A stretch of DNA of 32,000 nucleotides, taken from Wallemia ichthyophaga EXF-994 (taxonomy: Eukaryota; Fungi; Basidiomycota). Numbering within the stretch: position 1 is the first letter of the stretch; each line of letters begins with the position of its first letter. This document shows positions 19,124 to 31,334 of this stretch, piece by piece. The stretch spans positions 210,001 through 242,000 of the forward strand of contig NW_008806283.1 in NCBI RefSeq assembly GCF_000400465.1. Reading direction: 5' to 3'. The position numbers and the translations under genes are program-made. The notes below the pieces were generated by a model. That model was not told where the DNA came from and did no database searches. It saw only the letters and a list, made by a program, of their open reading frames with translations.

Positions 19124-21510
19124 TTACCTCTTAAACACTAAAGACTTGACAAATCCTACTGTCGTCAGATAAAACGACTCCCTGCTTTTCGTTGAATGAA
19201 ATCCTGTGTCACGGAAATGTGAATGTCCAGACGAATGTACCATTTCATCTGGATTTTCATCTGCTCCTTCTCCTGTCCCTTCTCCTGGCCCTTTTTCCAT
19301 CATGTTCACGCTCTCACTCGATTCCGTCTTGAGACTCTCATCAGGTGACTGAGAATCATAATTTCCCCTCTCTTTCGACATTGCCGTCGTCGATGCAAGT
19401 ATTACCTGATTGTCTCGACTATAAAAAGTCATCCACGATTCTTTCGCATCTGCTTTCTTCCTCAATATCATACTTCCCGATTTGTGCACATCCGTCGGCG
19501 ACTTCTGGACAGTACCCACCGCTGCGGCCTTCACATGCTCCGCTGTCGGTCCATATATTGCACTGTACCTGTCTCCTTCTTCAGAAATTGACGAATTGGA
19601 TGATGATATTGTTTTGCCGATATCGAGTTTCAGATCTCCGTTACTCCTACCATTCATATTCTCATCTTTCTTAGTCTCATGCTTGAATCTAAGTAGATTA
19701 TCGTTCACACCGTCAACTATCAATTCATGTCCCGGCGACTGACTATCTTTAGAACATCTATTCACTTGAAAATCCTTCCAATGCAGTCTGTGTCCGACTA
19801 CTATATACTGCCATGCCTCATTTTCCGTCGACTGCTGCACGTAGTGCTCTTCATTGACCCCTGGTGGTGCAATATAAGCGCAGCAGCTCTCTACGATGAA
19901 TGTGTTGACCGCCGAGCCGCTTCCAGTTACGTTAATTCTAGTCCAGTGGTTGTGCCGAAAATCAAACACATCTATCGCTGCCGTGTTATACGCCTATATC
20001 TGGTCGTTAAATTCAAGTCCTCTACACTAAACCACACCCACACAGTATTCATCGTATGTTTCATCATATTGCCACGCAGGTACTATAGTCACTCCTGCAA
20101 AGATGGCCAGTTTGTGACTGCCTACGAGTATCATCGTCGCTTCCAATCTCTCACGTGGTGATTGACCAGTAGTAGTAATGACATCTTCAATGGATCCTTC
20201 CGAAGATGTAGCTGTGTATCTGCGATTGAGGTTGCCGTCGTCAATATGCATATCTTCATCTATGCTCTGTTGAATGTTTCTTTTTGCTTTGAGCTTCAAG
20301 AGTCTCGCTCGCGAGTAAGCCTCTGGAGATTTGTAGTTGCTCCAGTAGAAATTATCCTCTATAGCATTGTACGTCAGTTTATGAAGATCGTCGAATATCA
20401 CATTGACAGGATCATCCACCTGTGCACCCCCGAAATAGAAAATATCATCACCTTTGACAGTCTGTGAATGTCCAAACCGCATGTCTGGAGCTATTCCCTT
20501 TATCTCTGGTTGAATCCACCTATCTTGCTTGATGTGATACACGAAAACATCATTGTCGCCAACAGTATTGTCACATATACCGCCAAACAAGACGATAAAA
20601 TCTCTAATACATGCCATTGAATGGCCTCTGCGTGCTGTTGGCCACGTGCTCTCTTCATAGCTCTCACTGCTATGTGACGTTCTCTTCCTCGGACGCTTAC
20701 TAAACCTGTTTAGATATCGATCTGGCTGCCTCGAGTTTCCAAGTTCTACTATTGACAAGTCTTTGATGTTTATCTTGTAAAGAATGTCAGAGAGTGAACC
20801 CGTCGATCTTTCATCAAGAGCCGCTGTGGCGTGGGTTGGGTGATCCGAGCTCAGCTTGGGGTGGAGTGTACCCCCGAAAATATAAATTTCGTCGTTGTAC
20901 GCGGTAACAGGAGCCATAAGCGGTTGCCACTGATAAGATTGGGTTGGGGAATAGTTTGGGTTATCAATTCTGAGGAAATATCTATCCCATAGTCTAGTCG
21001 TCAAGTTGAGGACGTATACGGAGGGATTAACTGATCTTTAAGGGATTAGCGAGGTCTTGGAGATTGCTGAAATCTCACAAATAAGGCAAATAGAGGAAAT
21101 TACGTATTTGAACGGCAGTCTAAATATGTCATCAGTGTAATGATATGCACTAGAGGAATAAACGCACATGGTGACCAAATGCAGGTGGAAATACCTCCGG
21201 CAGATGCTCTTCAGCCTGGTTATTCAAGTCATCGTCGCCGTTTGAATTTATCGTCGGTTGTAATTGAGAAGAAGGTGGGAAGTCTGGAGCGCGTTGTACA
21301 TCGAATTGATCCCAGTGTGCGCCTGTAAAGCATAAGTGAGTGCAAATTATTCAAATCTCAACCAAATCCCTCACCGACGAAGCTCAGATGCCGCTTGACC
21401 AAATTGTGGAATGATCTGCACGATATGGACAATCTCATCAAATCGATCGATCTGAGGTTACTGAGTATTTCGTAGTACACGTTGTCATTCAATTTAAGCA
21501 TCTGCGCCAT
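19124..21510 (-). CDS. F-box plus kelch-repeat protein, ~731 aa; introns 21323-21374, 21120-21167, 21036-21078, 19994-20041
   Basis: N-terminal F-box LNDNVYYEILSNLRSIDLMRLSISCRSFHNLV. Kelch motifs PPAFGHH|TAV, EIYIFGG, PTARRGHSMACIRDFIVLFGG, PDMRFGHSQ..IFYFGG. All four introns are phase-consistent. Confidence 0.82.
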
Positions 21511-21750
21511 TTTTGAATGGTATTTAATCTTTTTCCTTTTTTTCAAATAATCCAGAATAGTGGATTTCAAAGATAAGAATTTGCGAGGAGACAAAGAAAA
21601 GGAGAGAAAAATTACATGAAAAGTATTCACAATGGCATTACAAAAAGTTTTCGCATTCATTCTCCACTCCGCTGCTTCCCGCCAACACCAATATCGAATG
21701 GTAGAAATCTCGTTATCCCCACGTTGTCAGCTACACTATTTACTTTGTTG

Positions 21751-23906
21751 TCAAATCTCTGTCGTAATCCATTCTGGTACTGAAATTTTGTTAACCCCTT
21801 GTATTATCACAACCGATGAACTCACAGTGACGCCAAACAATTTTACACTAGTGGATGACCAATTGGGGAGGGCATTGATGTAGATATCAGACCAAATTGT
21901 GATCAAACGCCACACCAGCAGCGCTTCTGTCCAGTGGAAGCTATCTAGCAATTTAGACTGATTGCCAAGTTGTTTGGATATGTCGACATTGCGCAACTCT
22001 GAGAGAATTGTCGACCTCACTGATTCTTTACGAATGATAGGGAGTAGCTGTTCAAGTCAGATTTGAATAGAAGTGAGAGAAGCAAAACACCCACCTCCGT
22101 AGAAGCTAAGAGAATGGAGTCTAGCGGCAATTTCACTACCCAGCTCCTCACCCACTCCTCTGTCGGCTCAAATTGAGTATCGTTAATCTTGATAGTGTGA
22201 AAGTCGCAGATCATTTTCGGAACATCTCCTCCAAAACTAACTTTATTCTCTTGCAATCTACTCGAATCAATGGATGTAGAGACACGTTCCGCTTGTTTGC
22301 CTTTCGCTTTCTCAGACATCTCATTTTCGTTTGGTATTGATTGTGGCGGGTATGTAACCTGTGATGGTGAGGATGTCGTAGGATTTTCGTGATCAAGACT
22401 ATTTCCCCTACTACCTTGTACTACCTTGAGACCTTTCTGCAGAGTTAAATTTGCTAGTGACTGGAATGAGTCGTTGTTAAGCAATAAAGCATAGATGAGT
22501 GAAGGGTTTGCATTGAGTTGACGGTGGATAACGCCATTGAATGCTTCAAGGATATAGAAGAGATAGCGCGGATTGCCCTTGTTTGCGAACAGAAACTGGG
22601 GCGTAGCTAGCGCTCTATAAATGGATACAAGTCTGACTGCCGACAATTGCGAGAGATGCTTGAGGTACCCGCCCAAATTAGCCAATGCGGCCAAAAGACT
22701 GTCATAAGAGGCAGGATGTATGGAGCTAGTGACTAGATTGTATATAGTACTAACCAAATAATCAGAAAGCCCATGATTGCCATCTTGGAGGGATATTGGG
22801 TTGTCGAGCGATGATCCGAAATTGTGATCGAAACTGAGTGAATGAAGGAGTGAGGCCAGAAGCCTGAGTAAGTTCTGATTATGTGACTGTGTGTTCAAAG
22901 CCGTAATCAACCTGGTTGATATAGATAAGTAGTGATTTGAATGTGAGAGATATAGTTTGAATTTCGGATTAAGATCGATGAGACGCCATAAGAAGAGCCA
23001 AAGCTGAAGAACATTTGGGTTTTGTATGTAGTGAGATTTGGATATAGCTTTGAGAGAATAATTGGGAGCGGAAGACTCATCTATAATAGACAAGGAGCGT
23101 GTTAGGATGAAATCAAAGTCAATCGATCTGTGCAGCTTAGATAGGGACTTGGAAAAGGTTGAGGATGAGTTGTAGATGAGTACAAGCAACAAGTCCATGG
23201 ATAAGAGTGAAAATTTTGATAGGATGGGAGTGAGTGGGAGATAATTGAGCTGTTTAGTGGATATCGAGGTATTGAGTAGAGAAGAAAGTAAAACCAAAAC
23301 AATTTTTCTGTCTAACGAATTGAGGTAGCCTATGAGTTGGTCATGAACGGGTAGAATGGACTGGGGAGTGGAATAAAGGGGTGGAGACAAGACGGCGAGT
23401 ATGGAAGAGAGAATGAGAGCTCTGTGAGAGTTGAGATTGTTGTCATTGGGGGTGTCAGATGAGAGGCCGACGCCCTTAACCCAGATCGAGAGGGTGTAAG
23501 TGTTGTTGAGGCGGAAGAGAGACTTGATGGAGGAGGTGAGGAGGGAGTTGTAGTCTATAGCATTAGACATTGCAGGTAAGTAGCCTAAATCGTAGTAGAC
23601 GGGGAAGAGCTTGGAGAAGATTCTATGGATATTCAAAGCGTGGTTCGTAGTGGTACCATCCAATTGAGACACCAAATAACGTATCAAAGTGAAAATATTT
23701 TCAGATAAAGACAAGCGAATATCATTAACGGTTAATAAGCTATTAAGATCATCATCATTTTCAATCAAATCAATGAATTTAAACCAGTAATCGACGTCGT
23801 CTGGGTGTACCAATATCGATTTAATTCTGTTTATCCCATTGGCAGATAGTCTGAAATCAATTTTGGAGTTTGATTTTTTGAATTTATTGGAAAGGAATTC
23901 CATCAT
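21751..23906 (-). CDS. HID1: HID1/Ecm30 family Golgi protein, ~702 aa; intron 22048-22094
   Basis: LHRSIDFDFIL, NLGGYLKHLSQLSAVRL, NPRYLFYILEAFNGVI..NPSLIYALL, FEPTEEWVRSW..LPL, WSSTSVKLF. Exact start and stop are less certain. Confidence 0.82.
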
Positions 23907-23919
23907 GCCTAAGTGATGA

Positions 23920-24193
<274 letters not shown>

Positions 24194-24250
24194 GTTAATC
24201 TTTCTTACAGGTATTTCAAGTTAATTTGTGGCGATGAATAGGAAGTGAAA

Positions 24251-25145
24251 TTAGCTTGCAGCATACAGCGCAGGCCCTGGCTGCTGATAATCTGTTATCT
24301 GTGAATTATTCATTAGCTTTATACGTTCCACTCTATTTATTACCTACGCCTTGCTGTGAATCATACATATTTGGCAAATATATTCCTGGATCCTGTTCAT
24401 TGTATCCACCTGGGAATTTTACTGTATCGCTTGGATACGCGTCTCCGCCTCCTTGCACCTGCACATTGATGCATGATGGATAAAATTCGCATCCTCCAAC
24501 CATATTCGCTTCGTGTAGCGCTATTATTTCGTGTCTGATCATGTAGTTGCCTGATGCTATATCCCATGGTACTGTTGCCTTGACTGTATTGAAATTCTTT
24601 AGTGTCGCCTGCTCCCACATACCATCTGGTCTCTTATCATCCTCTGAGATTTTGAAAAAGTCGATTGTTGTAGGATCAACATTCTTACAATCGCCGTTGC
24701 AGTTGCCCATGTATGTTATAATTGGTCCAGTACTATGTGGCCATGGAATACCATCCTCACCGCCATTCCAAATGAACTCTACGTCAGTACCAGCAGCAAC
24801 TGGGGCACTGTATTCTGAGGGGACTGAATCTCGACCACACTTGGACCTGTGTTAGTGGATCCCATCATTTTCATATATAAAGTTCCAACTCACAGACAAA
24901 TTAGGTGAGTAAATGTCTTTAATTGGCTTCGTGTTGGTTACTTGACGGATTGGGCCTTTAGATTTGATCTCCGAGTCGTCGCCGTAGTTTGGATAAGGTC
25001 CTGTATGTGTTTGGTCGTTGAGTATTACCTCTGCGGGGAATTTGAGTAGGTGTCTCAGAGAGAGCAATATAAACGCACGCTTTACGATGCCATGTGCAGC
25101 GACCAGGCTGAGCAAAGAGGATACTGTGAGTGCTTTCATGATCAT
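24251..25145 (-). CDS. Secreted AA9 (GH61) lytic polysaccharide monooxygenase, ~247 aa; introns 25031-25078, 24840-24893, 24299-24347
   Basis: Signal peptide then mature His1 (HGIV), NLS|CG, WPHSTGPIITYM (second brace His), GNYMIRHEIIALH, EFYPSC (axial Tyr), PGGY..DPGI, spliced YQQPGP end. Confidence 0.92.
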
Positions 25146-25357
25146 AGTGCTGCTTAAGGAAATATGTTTTATCAAATTGAGATATTTATCCACTGGTATG
25201 AATAAGTCTAAATTCGTCGACGATCGAAAATTCCGGGTGAGGACAGTGGAGTGGCTGGCTGGCTGGCTGGTGGCGTGTGGATTTTATTTAGTGTTTTCGT
25301 TGATATAGACACGTATACACGCAGTGCTGTTCCTCCCATCTCTTCTCTTCCACCTTC

Positions 25358-27091
25358 ATGTCTTCTGCGGTTGAAAACAAGAAGAAGTCGCAGCTCAGCA
25401 AGAATCAGCTAAAGAGATTAAAGAAGAAGAGTAAAAGCGGGGAGGAACCGGTTGCACACGATGCGGTGGCAGAACCAGCGGCAGAATCAGCAGAATCAGC
25501 AGAACAGCCACACCCACAAGACGCACAAGAGGAATCCATAGACACTGAAAATATCCCAGAGGAATACAAGCAGATCTTCCTTAAATTCCAGCCTCAAGAA
25601 GATACACAGCCTGTAAGAACTCACGCAACCACATGATAAACAACACTCACCAACACAACACAGGAAGAAGCAGCAAAGAATGAATGGCTTTACAGCGATG
25701 ATGACGATGACGAGGATTTAAAAAAGGAAGAAGAGCACCTCTCCAAGAAGAAGCAGCGCAGAATAAACCGTTTATCCGTCGCAGAGCTCAAGTCGCTAGT
25801 ATCCAAACCTGAGATTGTAGAAGCGGTAGACACGACATCGCGTGATCCACGTCTACTGATCCACCTCAAATCCTACAAAAACACAATCCCCGTGCCCTCC
25901 CACTGGGCCCAGAAGCGTGGTTTCCTCGAAGGCAAGAAGGGCATAGAGAAGCCCGCGTTTCAGCTGCCCTCATATATTGCAGATACTGGCATAGGCGTAC
26001 AGCAGGACGCAGTGAAGGAGCGTGAGGCTGAGATGTCCCTCAAGCAGAAGACACGCCAACGTGTCCAGCCTCGCATGGGCAAGATGGACATCGATTACCA
26101 GAAGCTCCACGAAGCTTTCTTTAAGTTCCAAACCAAGCCGCCTATGTCTGACTACGGCGAGACGTATTATGAAGGCAAAGAGTTCGAAACTTATGTCAAG
26201 GAGAGAAAACCCGGTGAAATAAGCACAGAGCTCAAGGAGGCACTCAGTATACCACCTCTCGCTCCCCCACCATGGCTCATCGCTATGCAGAGATATGGTC
26301 CACCACCTAGCTATCCCAACCTCAAAATCCCGGGTCTCAACTATCCTATCCCTGAAGGTGCTCAATGGGGCTTCCATCCTGGTGGTTGGGGCAAACCACC
26401 GACTGACGAGTATAATCGCCCTCTCTACGGTGATGTCTTTGGTGTTATTCCAAAATTCAACCCTGATTCGGTTGACAATATTGACAAGAGTCTTTGGGGG
26501 GAGATATTATCTGAAGAGGAGCAGTCGTCTTCTGATGAAGAGAGTGATGAAGATGAGGATGAGGAAGATGAGGAGCAGGAGCAAGATCAGATACAGCCAG
26601 ACGAAGATGGTGAGGAGATGGATGGTATGGAGACACCATCTGGTATGGCATCGGTTGCTACTACTGCGCCAGGCGCTGGATTGGAGACGCCCGCTTTCAC
26701 AGATTTAAGGAAGGGTGCAAGAGGTGATGACACGCCTAGAGAACTTTATCAAGTTCTTCCAGAGAGGCAGGCTGCAGTGGATGGATTGATGGGATCAGAG
26801 AGGGTGTATGACATGCCAACGCTCGGCAAGGAAAGCTCAAAGAAGCGCAAATCGGGCGATGTCCAACTAGCCATTGATCCTGAAGAGCTGGCAAAAATGT
26901 CGGATGAGCAGATAAAACAGGCTTACGAGGAGCAGAGTCGGAGTAGTGGGAATAGAGTGCATGTCCCAGGTGCTGATAGGGCTGAGGACTTTACAGATAT
27001 ACTTCAAGAAGGACATGGCAAGCGACAGAAGAAAGATGAGAGGAGAAGAGCTGATAAAGAGGATAATAGGAAGGATAAATTCAAGTTTTAG
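25358..27091 (+). CDS. CUS1: U2 snRNP SF3b subunit 2 (SAP145/Cus1), ~560 aa; intron 25613-25663
   Basis: LSVAELKSLV.KPEIVE..D..SRDP, PVPSHWAQKRGFL, GKMDIDYQKLHEAFFKFQ, PSP domain PPPWLIAMQRYGPPPSYP.LKIPGLN, WGFHPGGWGKPP, C-terminal KFKF. Confidence 0.96.
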
Positions 27092-27252
27092 AGAGCTACT
27101 TGCAGTTGTAATGTATACATATTAGTATTTTGATGAGAAGTAAGATTTTCATAGAAGGCTTGGATGGGGAGGCACATAACACACTCATCAAATAGCCGGA
27201 CCAAGTTGTTTGTATATCGTGCATATGAGTAAAACAAAGAAGGAGACTTAAA

Positions 27253-27869
27253 TTAAACGACAGTACCAGCGTTAGAAGCGATACGTGGCCATAAGTCAGC
27301 GCATTCCTTTGCGACGGCTGGTAAAAGGATTGTGAGATAGATATAAGTAAATTAGGATAAAACCCACGACCAGTGATAGCTGAACCCTTCATTTCACCCT
27401 TTGGGTTGGTGATGACACCGGCGTTGTCCTCAAAGTAGAGGAAAACACCATCACGTCTTCTCCAAGGCTTACGTTGGCGGACGACGACGGCAGGCATGAC
27501 CTTCTTACGCAATTCAGGCTTACCCTTCTTGACGGTAGCCATGATCATGTCACCGGCACTGGCGGCAGGGAGACGGTTAAGACGAGCACCGCTGTGGAAG
27601 ACGGCGACGACGTAAAGGTTCTTTGCACCAGAGTTGTCAGCGCAGTTGAGAACAGCGCCAGTTGGAAGACCGACTGGAGGGAATCAGCGGGAAAAAGGGG
27701 AAAAAGGGGATATTTACGGGTCATACGGAACTTGTTACCTGGAAGAAGAGTGAGTAAAAAAGAAAGCTGTAAACGAGTTCACTGCGCACCTTGGTTTTGA
27801 ACCTGGGATTGAGCACCGTCAATTGAGCCATTCCAAGGCTAAAAAAAGGCTTCAACTAACCTTACTCAT
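27253..27869 (-). CDS. RPL23: 60S ribosomal protein L23 (uL14), 137 aa; exons 27869-27861, 27802-27790, 27738-27718, 27673-27368, 27317-27253
   Basis: Spliced MSK|VQNQ|GNKFRMT|[44 protein letters not shown]|[21 protein letters not shown]. Confidence 0.96.
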
Positions 27870-28368
27870 CTCACTCTAAACGGCTATATTAGTTGTGCAC
27901 TACTCGCAGGTATTTTCACCCACTAAAGAATTTGGCCTTCAGCTAGCGAAGTCGAAGAAGGATTTACGACTTTTACCAGAATAAAATTTGTGTTTATATT
28001 GTGTGAGTTGAGGAGGGAGATAGCTGTGTAAATGAATGTATTCTGCTAATCTTTGGCTTGTTTTCTGCTGTCTGCGCTGCGTGTGTGTGTAGACCTGCGT
28101 ATGATGTTATCGACATTCTAGGAATCGTGAGCGGTGTTGTGTACCAAATAGCATGCTTGAATACTCCAGCTATTCTCAATACCCAGCTCACCCTTTTCTA
28201 CCTCATATCGCTCAAATTCCACTCAAATCTCTCTGAGCTGGCACAAACACCAGAAACGGCGAGATGGAGCGCATTTAGCGGGTTAAAGCGTGTTCGGAGT
28301 GATATTACAGCCACTACAGCTTCAAATCTCCCACTTTCCCTCCATCCCCTTCTCTGTCTAGCACGCCC

Positions 28369-28474
28369 ATGAACAACTCAGCGACACAAACTGAGAATCC
28401 CGTTGTATGGCGCACGCCGCAGTACTACAACGTGAAGAAGAAGCAGCCAAAGTACGGCGAGCAACAGCAACAGC

Positions 28475-28529
<55 letters not shown>

Positions 28530-31288
28530 GCAGCAGACACAGCACTCCAATCTTCCCCCACAGCAACTCATACCAAGAGCATCGCAGCCACAGCAACAGA
28601 CTGAGCCCAGCGATCTAAGCCTGGCAAATATACTCCACTACTTGCAATCAGAATGGAGGAGGTGCGTGTGGTCTATCGAGCGTATGTGTAACGTCTCACT
28701 CCCAGCAGATATGAGAGAGATCGCAATGAATGGGAAATAGAAAGGGCAGAAATGAGAGCGAGACTGGCTCTGCTTGAAGGCGAGAAGAGAGCTACTGACA
28801 ACGTCAAATCTGACCTTTTGCGACGCGTCAAAATGCTCGAATACGCTTTGAGGCAGGAGAGAGCTAAGTTTATTGCTCTCTCGAATCCACGCTCCACTTC
28901 TCCGAAATCAGCCAACTCTGGGGAATCGAACGATGACAAGAACGCAAGTGGAGGTGGAAATACAAACACAAACACAACTTCAAATACAAACGCATCAGCT
29001 ATCCATCCAACTAAAAAGGCCACTTTAAAGTTTGATGGCGATGACAGTCAGAAATCTGATGACAGCCCTACTCTCTCCTCTTCAAATACTCTGCTTAACC
29101 ACTCTCACAACAATTCTTCGCTCCCTCAGTGGCTTAAATCATCCAATCACGCTAAAGACACTAAAACTCGCTCGAAAAGTCGACAGTATTTGCAGCAGTG
29201 TCTTGAAGAAATCACTTACCTCACTGATCCATCGACTCTCAATCCACTTACGGGTAGACCATACAAGGACGTAGACGGATTGGAAATCGAGAAGTTACCA
29301 CATTCTGTGCCAATGGAGTCAACGTCACCAAATTCCTCCGAAAAAATCAATCAGCAGTTATCAAACAGCTTATCCAACTCAGTTACAATCGATGAGAGTA
29401 GCGGTGGTCCAATAGTATCACACCCAATTGTCGAAAACGAGGAGAGTGTACGAGCTCAACTTGCAACTCCATCCGGACCATCATCTCCTCCAGTCATCGC
29501 TAGCAACATATTCGATCAGAAGGCGCAAGAGATGCACAAGACGCAGACTGAGCCCGAAGAGCATGATGACGATGAAGATGATCAGGATGACCAAACTGTC
29601 ATTGACCAAGATAACGACGCTAATGATAAAGAGGAAGAACAAAACGGTGATGATAATCCTGAGGCTGAGGCTACTTTCACTCCAGTCACACACTCTAATG
29701 ACCAAAAGGATACCACAAAAACGAATGAAACCATTGATGAGGATGCCAAGGTTTCCAAAGAGCAATTGGAAGACGAAAACCTGGTTAAACCTGAGGATCC
29801 AATGAATGCTGATGCTCCAAGTGAAGCTAAAGCTGAAGCTGCGGCTGAGAAATCTGAGCATTCTGCGCAATCTACCCAGCCTCAGACGGAAGGAGCAGTT
29901 GAACCAGCAAACCACCCTGAAGATGTAAGTAAATGAAAAGCAAATGCTTTACAGCACCTCCTTCTCATTAAATAATCTTTACCTATTCTACATTCTACAT
30001 ATACTTGACATGCATTGTCGCTTTTTTTTCATTCGAGACACAGACTGACACGATTTAAATGCAGTTACAGTTGAAAGTAGCTCCATTGATCGACGTACAA
30101 AATGGTGAGTGGAATGAAATGAAGATTGTGCGTTACTGAGTTTCTCTGCCAGTAGAAGATGAAGTAGATAGCGAGAGCATGCGCTCGAACAGCTCAATCA
30201 AGTCAACAGGATTATGGAAGTGGTGGAAGACGCTGCGAAGGTGGGTTAAAGGAGGAGGGGAGGTAGATAAAAGCGAGAGCTATCAAAACTAACACACAAC
30301 CAGCCACACTGATCCTATCCGCGCTGTGGTGTTCATCAAGCTGAATGCGGACGAGACGATGATGATAACAGGGGGAGATGACACGGTTTTGAGGTATTGG
30401 AGAGTACCACCTTCCACTGACAAGAGTGTGCTACTCCCCAGTGTCAATCTGCGCGCTCACACCGCACCAATAACTTCAATAGCCGCTTCTAAGACGAAGA
30501 AGGTAGTTTATACAGCCAGCATTGATAGCACGATACGCGAATGGAAACTGACGGAGCGGGATGGAGATGTTATCGATCTCCATTCGCTCTCGGGGAGGAT
30601 CTTCGAGGGTCATACAAACGCTGTTTGGGGAGTCGTGTGTACACAATCAGGCAAGCTCATCAGCGTCAGCAGCGACTCGACGATGAAGATCTGGAATGAG
30701 GAGACAGGTGCGCTGGAAAACACTATCAACCTCGACACGCCGTGTTCGACGATCGATTTATACGAAGAGAGTGAGAGTGGGAGTGAGAAGGAAACTATCA
30801 AGGTGGCAGTTGGATTGACTGACCAGAGAGCCATCGTGATGGATCTCACCAATCTCAGCACGCCGTTTTTAGAGCTAGTAGTGGACGATGCAGACACAGA
30901 AGCGAATGCTCAATTCAACAATGTCGTACTGGACGACGATAGGCTGTTTAGTGCGCACGAGGATGGCAGGATCAGATTGTGGCTGCTGTCCACTGGACAG
31001 CGTATCGAGACGCTGATGGCACATCTAGACAGCTGCACTGCAATTAAGTTGCAACCCTACTCAAACGTACTCGCCAGCGCTAGCCATGACTGCTCAGTTA
31101 GGTTCTGGTCGACAGAGAAATTCAGCCAAATTGATGGCCCTGGAGTTGCGCATGACGCTTGCGTACAAGAATGTGGTGGACATAGGAAGCTGTTCGGCGA
31201 GGGTGTCAACGAAATAGCGGTAAATAATGACGGCACGCTGCTTGCTAGTGCAGGTGCAGATGGGGTAATCAAGCTGTATTACAAGTAG
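28369..31288 (+). CDS. Striatin (STRIPAK scaffold; Far8/Pro11-like), ~873 aa; introns 28662-28708, 29925-30064, 30105-30152, 30241-30303
   Basis: Striatin domain SLANILHYLQSEWRR|YERDRNEWEIERAEMRARLALLEGE..DLLRRVKMLEYALRQER, RSKSRQYLQQCLEEITYL, spliced WKTLR|SHTDPIRAV, WD40 repeats ending GADGVIKLY. Confidence 0.93.
28462..28536 (+). repeat. (CAA/CAG)25 trinucleotide microsatellite encoding poly-Gln in the striatin N-terminus
   Basis: 25 consecutive Gln codons including an uninterrupted (CAA)18 core. Confidence 0.97.
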
Positions 31289-31334
31289 GAGTATGTACCA
31301 CGCAATTCAAATGCATCATTCATACAAGGTCCAA

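Noticed and set aside
27870-28368. ~500-bp RPL23/striatin divergent spacer with 65-104 aa non-ATG ORFs and a near box-C motif
   Set aside because: No ATG-led coherent ORF and no complete C/D box pair. Best explained as a bidirectional promoter and UTRs.
28358-28604. Poly-Val, poly-Leu and poly-Thr ORFs
   Set aside because: Alternative readings of the (CAA)n striatin repeat.
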